Source of the DNA: Nemertoderma westbladi
Taxonomy: Eukaryota > Animalia > Xenacoelomorpha
Direction: 5' to 3'
Assembly (NCBI GenBank): GCA_032718475.1
Contig: JAUCBJ010002226.1
Coordinates: 1 to 57,404, forward strand
Length of the DNA stretch: 57,404 bases
The number at the start of each line of letters is the position of its first letter. Position 1 is the stretch's first letter. Positions 50,741 to 57,404 of the stretch are shown piece by piece. The notes beneath the pieces are model-generated. The model made no database searches, had not been told where the DNA came from, and was given only the letters and a program-made list of their open reading frames with translations. Made by a program: the position numbers and the translations under genes.

Positions 50741-51942
50741 CCCAAGAAAAGTAAAATACTTTTATTGTTACTTTTCTCCCGAATACACACTAAAATCGGG
50801 AGTAAAGTGAGTAACTTTTTATCTTTGGAAAAAATAGAAACCTATAGGCTTGCATTGATTTTAAAAAGTAATCCCGGTATACGAAAATGTTAAACTATTG
50901 AATTGAAGAAGAAAAGGTTTTGACGTAATTCGAGCCATTAAATCCATGCAGACACTCAAAAGTTATTGCAACTTTAGTATGTGCAAAACGAACTCCAACA
51001 CGGAACTCAATATCAAATATTGGTTTATATAGTTAGCGGCTCTCTAGTTACTTAATAAATATTCGAAAACATTTAGATTATTTTATTCCAAAATTGTAAC
51101 ATCACTCAACGCCGTTAGTATTAACAGCGAGTTGTTATTTAGCACTTTACAACTTTAGAGGACATTACAGCATTGTATTGGTCTGTACATTTAGTATTGT
51201 ATTTGGTGTTATTGTTTACGTGGTAACCCATGACGGCGTTAAGTAATGTCCACTAAGGGGACATTACTTAACGCCGTCATTGGATATCACGTAGACAATA
51301 GGTGGAAATTTGCCTGACAGCCAGATAGGCCTACTGCATTACCTACCGGTAGGCGGGGTATAACTATTAATATCCAGTAGGGTCTACTGTAGCTATATTA
51401 TAATAACATAATATAGGGAATAATAAATTTTGTAATAAAACTACATCATACTTGTTGCAAAGTACTTTACAGTGTTTTGATCCTCGTGGCTTTATTTTCA
51501 CTCACTCACTAACGTTCGTTCGTGTAACAAAGCCACTCGGATCATCACACTGAAGTGGTACTTTACACACAAGTACAGTATGTAAATAGTTGTAACATTG
51601 AGTAAAGCAGTATGTAGGCCACGGCTGTATCAGGAGTTTAAGAGAACTGTTCAATTCACTTTGTAACAAACAAACACATTTAGTTTTATTGTTTATTAAA
51701 TAATTAAGTAACAAAATCGGACCAATTTAAGAATACAATTCCGTATGAGATGGAAAAAAATTGGAAAAATTATTATTTAATTATTTATAAATTATTTTTT
51801 TCAATATGCACTCTCGACCCTCTATTAACCTCGCTGGGGTTCGGTAAATAAATACCGCAAGATTTAGTGAAAAAAAGTTTTACTTCTTTCCCTGGTAATG
51901 AATATTTTTTTGCTTTTTATATTTTGCAATTAATAGTTTACT

Positions 51943-52262
51943 GTGGGGCGAGCCACGAAGTGTGCGAAGCCTTAGCATATGGGTGTCATTGGCGAGTTGT
52001 CTATCGGCGTCGTCGTCTGTTATAAATCTTTGATTGCTAATAACTCGGTTATTCCTTGATGAAATTAAACGAAACTTGGTATATATGTAGTCCAACAAAA
52101 GTTTAGAAAGAATCTAAAGTTTGGTCAAAAACGGACGAACGCAACGAGGCACAAGAGGAGGACGAGTATTGTGTTGAAGACTTATGACTAACGGCAGACA
52201 ACTCGTTAATGGTGCCAATATGCTAAAGGCTTTGCCACATTCGTGCTGCGCGAAGGCCCCAC
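51943..52262. mobile_element. Short interspersed element with imperfect terminal inverted repeats; relatives at ~36750-37650
   Basis: gtggggcgagccacgaagtgtgcgaagccttagcatat ... atatgctaaaggctttgccacattcgtgctgcgcgaaggccccac; tcgtgctgcgcgaaggc also occurs at 37631. Confidence 0.5.
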
Positions 52263-53896
52263 GAACGTGTTCTGGAACAATTTGTTTATGTATGAATAGC
52301 TACGCAATAGATAAATTGGATAGGAATACCGCTGTTGCCAACCAACTAATAAAATAAATAACACGTTCAAGAATTTTGTGTATTTATTAGAAGAATAAAT
52401 GGGCTGCAGCGAACAATAACTCTTGCAATCATTGAACGCCTATTTCTCAGCTGTTTCTCAACGAAATCAGATATTGTTACATATTTGGACTCCTTGCAAC
52501 GCAAGCTTTTTAATGATATGAAAAAATTACGACTAATATGAAAATACTGTAGGCCACGATGTGGAGGGTGCGATTTCGCAAAAGACACTTTTTTAAAACG
52601 CTTATAAAAAAAAAATTTAAAGGCAGAATCGAAAATTCCGGCTTCATGGGGTCAACGACGGTGAGTTGAACTAGTTGTGTTTCAAATTTCAAGCAATATG
52701 ATAAAGATCTGTAGAAAAATTTGGGGGGGGGGTCCGTGTCATCAGAAAATGACACTATATTACGGGACATTGTAAAAGCCTTTGCTGAATTGCCCCGTTA
52801 TTTTTATTATCTTTTACATTAAAATACTCTGTAGTTGATTTAATAAGTGTAAGAGACCGTATTATTGCTGTATCGGTGTTTTTAGAGGATCTAAGACCTA
52901 TTTCCTCCGTATGTGTACTGTGAAAGGCATATTTTGTGATTCTATGGCAATTCGTGACGCAAAGGGGTGATAGCTACTCTTGAACAGTAGTTACTATGAC
53001 TACGGTTAACAGCTGACATTCATACGTGTTGATTTCCTTTGTTCTACGGCGTCTCTCAGTTCAGTCAGCCAATGAGAGCGTTTTTGTGGCTCCTTGTACA
53101 GAAAATTTCCGAGAAATGACGCAATGCCTATGTGCAGTGTTTACATTCAGTCTTGAGCCAAAGAAAGAACGGCTTGGAAGTATTTTGTGCTGTACTGCTT
53201 TTTAGTCGTACACTAGTAGGTTTAATTATAAAGGGCATATATCCTTTAACTGATGACTGCTGACTGATCATACATGCTGACTGCTGAAACATTGCAAACT
53301 CATAACAATCAGTGTTTTCATTGTTGTTTTATACTGCTATTTACCGTCAGTTCTTCATAATATGGTTGATGAATAATTATATTTGGAATAACGATAAACA
53401 ACCCCTAAACCCAATATTCTTGATATACCGAAGGTAAGAGAGAAGGGTTACAAATAAACGATTGTGACTTATGTTAAAGTGGTTTGAAGTGAATCTAATG
53501 TTATTTGATAGACCCTACATGATTCAGTCTGTGTTCCTTTTATATGTGACTAAAATCAGTGAAGATTGGCAGATTAGTGTGCAGTATTGTGCAGCATTGT
53601 GTATGAGTGAGTCTGTTAAAGAAGCAATTCCTAAAGAATGCGCCATATATGTGAATTATAATTAAGCCATATCGTTGTGAGTAGTTTAAGTCATAACTCT
53701 GTTTATATAGATAAAGCGCCACGTCCTAAAGGAACTGTTAATATTACCGAAGGTGAATAATATTGTCAGAGATTATATATTACTGTCAGTCGAATAATAC
53801 ATTAGGCTTACATAGCAATAAAAATTAAACCGTCGAACCCAATCTCCCGGGAATATCCAGCGGGTGAATGGTCGCGCACGGATTGGTTTCGACTAG

Positions 53897-54956
53897 TGTA
53901 GTGAATCAAATACTTGTCATAGACTAAAAAGCGATTTATTATCTAGAAGACATTCTAATTTGGCGGGTTAAACTGCCAAAGGTCTGAAAGCGCGAACATT
54001 AAAGGATATAGCTTCTTTATTGCAGTAAGCAATAAAGTCGAAAGTACCGGTCGACCGGTAACCAGTAGGCCTGACTGCCTGATCATCCGGACCGGTACCT
54101 ACTGCCGTATAAGTACACTAGTATTATTCGATTTGATTGTTGTATACCGGTAGGCTGTTTAAGAGATTAGGGACTGTACACCCCTTGTTTCTTTTGGAGC
54201 TTACTTATTTCTGTCAGTTTTATTTGTTTGTAGGCCAGTATTGAACAGAAGGCGTGTAAACCTGATCAGATTGTACAGACAATTTGTAGGCTGAGCTGTT
54301 GTCTGATTGCTGTTAAGTCTGAACGGATTACAGTGTGTGTAGAGCACCTGTCCGATTAAGTACGATTAGGAAGTAGGGGCAGCGAACGCAGTGAGGTAAA
54401 CCCCCAACTAAAGAATAAGTCGCACTACTGGGTTAGAGCGCATACTCCCTAATCATTTCGGAGTCTGCATGTCCTGTGGTTTATTTAGGCTTGAGAGTGG
54501 TCTGCCATCGTTTAGTCTGTACTTTGTTTGTGTAAGTCTGTACGGGTAGCGTATAATTTTATTTAGATAATTTGTAGGCTGGATAGTTGTCTGGCTGTTA
54601 TTAGGTCTGAACGGATTGCCGCGTGTGTAGATCATCTGTCCGATTAAGTACGATTAGGCAGTAGGGGCAGCGAACGCTGTAAGGTAATCCCCCAACTAAA
54701 GAATAAGTCGCACTACTGGGTTAGAGCGCATACTCCCTAATCATTTCGGAGTCTGCATATACCGTAGTTTGTTTAGGCTTGATAGTAGTCTGTCAGTGTT
54801 CGGTCTGTATTTTATTTGAGTAGTTTGTACGCGTAGCGTAATATTTATTATTCAGAGTTTATGCGATTATCCGCAACATTCATTCCCCAAGTTTGTTCCT
54901 ACAGTAATTGTGTTTGTTATACATACCGCTATAGTTAAATTAACCTCGGTACTACA
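53897..54956 (+). mobile_element. Candidate 5' LTR of a second retroelement
   Basis: TGTAGT...ACTACA inverted termini, TATAAG at ~54108, followed by an AT-rich leader and a long ORF. No convincing adjacent PBS. Confidence 0.35.
54281..54847. repeat. Two diverged tandem copies of a ~288 bp unit
   Basis: gtaggggcagcgaacgc at 54373 and 54661; the ~120 bp core is much better conserved than its flanks. Confidence 0.9.
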
Positions 54957-56163
54957 CGGGCTGCTTGGCGTAGGTAAAGACTGGTGATTTTGTGCATCGG
55001 TCACTCCAGCAGATGCCGTGGTTCTTTTAGCTGTTCAAGTATATTTAATTACTGATTATCTGTTGTACAAGTACTCGTACCTAATTTAGGGTTTAGTGTA
55101 CGGTACTTTCCGAAGTAATTATTGTAGGCATTATATTTGTGTTGTAAAGTGGTTGATAGGCACATTCGATTAGCTCTATTAACTTCTAGGTAGGAACACT
55201 CCGTGATACATAACGTAGAACCTATAGCGATACGGCTATAGGTCGTCAGGCGGTGGCATTTTCCTATCTAGACAACGCAGTGTATTTACTACTACTTATT
55301 ATTTCAAATACCGTAGTACCCTGTCCGTGTAATAACCGGTTTTCTAACCCTTTGTTAGGCTGGTTTGTAGACTTCTTGTAAAATTACCCTAAAAATTCGT
55401 ATTTTGTGTTTTTGTAAAATTTGTGTTTATTTAGAGATTGTAATCTCAACCCGAATTGTACGTAATTTGTAGTATTAAGTAACTTAGGTAAATTAGAATT
55501 ATTTGTTTTAGTGTCCTATACGTAACATTTCACTAAAAGCGCACTGCTTTGTGTAGTGATTACCCCAGAAATAATAACATTTATTTCAAACATTGACAAA
55601 ACCCACTAAAACGGGTATATATATATTATAAATCAAATCTAACGATTTATAAATCGTAGGCCTACCATACAACCATTAGGTCTCAATATCAGTTGGATTA
55701 CTGCTCAAATAACGGTAATAAAGTAAGTAAAGTAACAAAGTAACCCTAAAGTAACAGAAATTCAATTATTTGAAATAATTGATATACCGGTATTTACGAT
55801 AGGCCTATTATCTTTATTTCTATAAATCTAGGCTGAAATTATACCGGTACTTGTAATTAATTCTATTTCAGAATTATATATCCTACAAACAGTAAGCTGT
55901 ATACCGGTATTCCGATAGGCCTATTATATATTTATATATATTTGTGCTAAAATTATACCGGTATTCTGTGATAAACCTAGTCTGTAATAATACTTATATA
56001 GTTATATATACTATAAGTATACCGGTATTCTAATATATTATATATATCACGCTACACTGAGTAGCAGCACCGGTAATTAATTACTAGGCTAACAGGTAAT
56101 ACTGAGTTACTAGACTTACTCAGACTGTAATACAGCAGTAGACATTCAACGGTATACATAGTC

Positions 56164-57404
56164 ATGTCTGATACTAAGCAGAACCTGTCAGACAGTTTAT
56201 TAGATGTAACTATCTGCGACTCAGATAGAGACGTACAAACGTCTGGTCGTAAATCCAGTTCACCTCCCACTGTGAGGAAGGTTATCCCTCCAGTAGTAAT
56301 AACAGAACCTAGGCTGGTCCAACATCGTAGGTCTATCATAGGCACTCGAGCTCAGGTCAAGCGGGACCAACAGGCAGCGGAACAGCAACAACCCGCTAGT
56401 CAAGAACTTATTCCTCAGCGGCCCAGCAGCTCCAGTAGTGATGATACTGTAGAGCTGACACCCGAGAGCGGAGCAGAGATGACGGATGCGGTTTATACGG
56501 ATCCCCTTCTCATCCTTCCTGCAGCCGTGCTCGCTGGGTTATTGATCGCGGTGGAAGAACACCAGATTGATTGGGCGAGAAGTCAACGGTCAACTAAAGA
56601 TAACTACGCGGGCTACACTAGTGAAGAACTGAAGTCTATTGTCGAGTCGCAATGGAACTTCCCCGGACCCGGACTCCCGTTTGATTTATCAGAAGCTGCC
56701 TGGGAAGACATACACCGGATGGGAGTAGCCAAGGAAACCATCGATCCAGCTGTGTGGAAGAGGTCCGCAGCCGGATACGCACAGGGATTCTTCAGCTCTA
56801 TGGAGCGAATAGAAAAGCAACTTTTTCAACAACCTCCAGGACCTCAAGAGCAGGGATCGCTGCTTTATCAAGTTAGAGAAAGAGTTCTGCGGATTAGGCT
56901 AATCTTATCCGCCTTTGAGGAGGCTTCTAAAAGAAGACAAGACACGTCGTTGCAAGTTGCCGTAAAGACTTGGTTTCAACGGGTGAGTCGCCAGGTTCAA
57001 GGAGCAGCTCAGTGGAAGGCTCAGTTGGAGGAGCGCTCAACCCATGGAGAATCAACAGACGCTACTTTTTCCCAAGTGGAAAGTGAAGCGACGGCAGAGA
57101 AACCGCATAAGAAGGATGCCATTGATATCTATCTGTCAGACTATCAGCGTTTTGTGGGAGATGAAGAGTTGAGGAGAAGGCTAGAGGGACTTAGCCCTAA
57201 TAGCGAAGGAGCCAAACTTGTGTTAGATGCGATTGATGTGGATAGGTTAGCGGCGAACCAAGCTAAATTCGATGAACAACTCCGCATCGCTAGAGAAAGA
57301 GAAGAACAAGTAAAGAAAAAACGTATAGAAGACAGAAAGAAAGCAGCAGTGGTAGCTGCAGAAGCAGAAAGAAAATTGGCAGCAGCAGAGGCAGCAGCAG
57401 AGGC
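56164..57404 (+). CDS. Partial ORF (>413 aa, no stop in window); uncharacterised, possibly retroelement gag/ORF1
   Basis: Open from ATG at 56164 (MSDTKQNLSDSLLDV...) to the edge, ending in a charged coiled-coil (REREEQVKKKRIEDRKKAAVVAAEAERKL). Missing from the ORF track because it has no stop. Confidence 0.7.
   Translation, partial: MSDTKQNLSDSLLDVTICDSDRDVQTSGRKSSSPPTVRKVIPPVVITEPRLVQHRRSIIGTRAQVKRDQQAAEQQQPASQELIPQRPSSSSSDDTVELTPESGAEMTDAVYTDPLLILPAAVLAGLLIAVEEHQIDWARSQRSTKDNYAGYTSEELKSIVESQWNFPGPGLPFDLSEAAWEDIHRMGVAKETIDPAVWKRSAAGYAQGFFSSMERIEKQLFQQPPGPQEQGSLLYQVRERVLRIRLILSAFEEASKRRQDTSLQVAVKTWFQRVSRQVQGAAQWKAQLEERSTHGESTDATFSQVESEATAEKPHKKDAIDIYLSDYQRFVGDEELRRRLEGLSPNSEGAKLVLDAIDVDRLAANQAKFDEQLRIAREREEQVKKKRIEDRKKAAVVAAEAERKLAAAEAAAE

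Noticed and set aside
49234-50893. Four ~500 aa Cys-rich ORFs
   Set aside because: All frames of a 43 bp tandem array; no unique coding flanks.
54965-54980. tRNA-Ser PBS (TGGCGTAG)
   Set aside because: Only ~8 nt match, and it is ~9 nt from the proposed LTR end; too weak to call.

Overview
Repeat-rich animal (invertebrate-type) nuclear DNA; no prokaryotic features. From left to right: (1) the 3' ~10.4 kb of a BEL/Pao LTR retrotransposon. It has a gag-pol ORF with one nonsense codon, then a ~4.3 kb insert before the PPT and 3' LTR. The insert holds a hairpin array and an extra ORF that reads as a DEDDy/WRN-type 3'-5' exonuclease plus three CCHC knuckles; this is the top candidate for a novel system. 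(2) A LINE 3' end missed by the ORF track. (3) Exons of what look like two + strand THEG-repeat (sperm/axoneme-associated) genes. (4) A UBR3-type E3 ligase gene with two coding exons on the - strand. (5) An intronless jun gene on the - strand, apparently nested in a 13.6 kb intron of the second THEG gene. (6) A 5'-truncated RTE-like LINE, two tRNA-derived SINEs, several foldback/MITE-like inverted repeats and at least eight minisatellite arrays. (7) An ORF that runs off the right edge, preceded by a candidate LTR. All family assignments come from motif recognition by eye; no searches were run.
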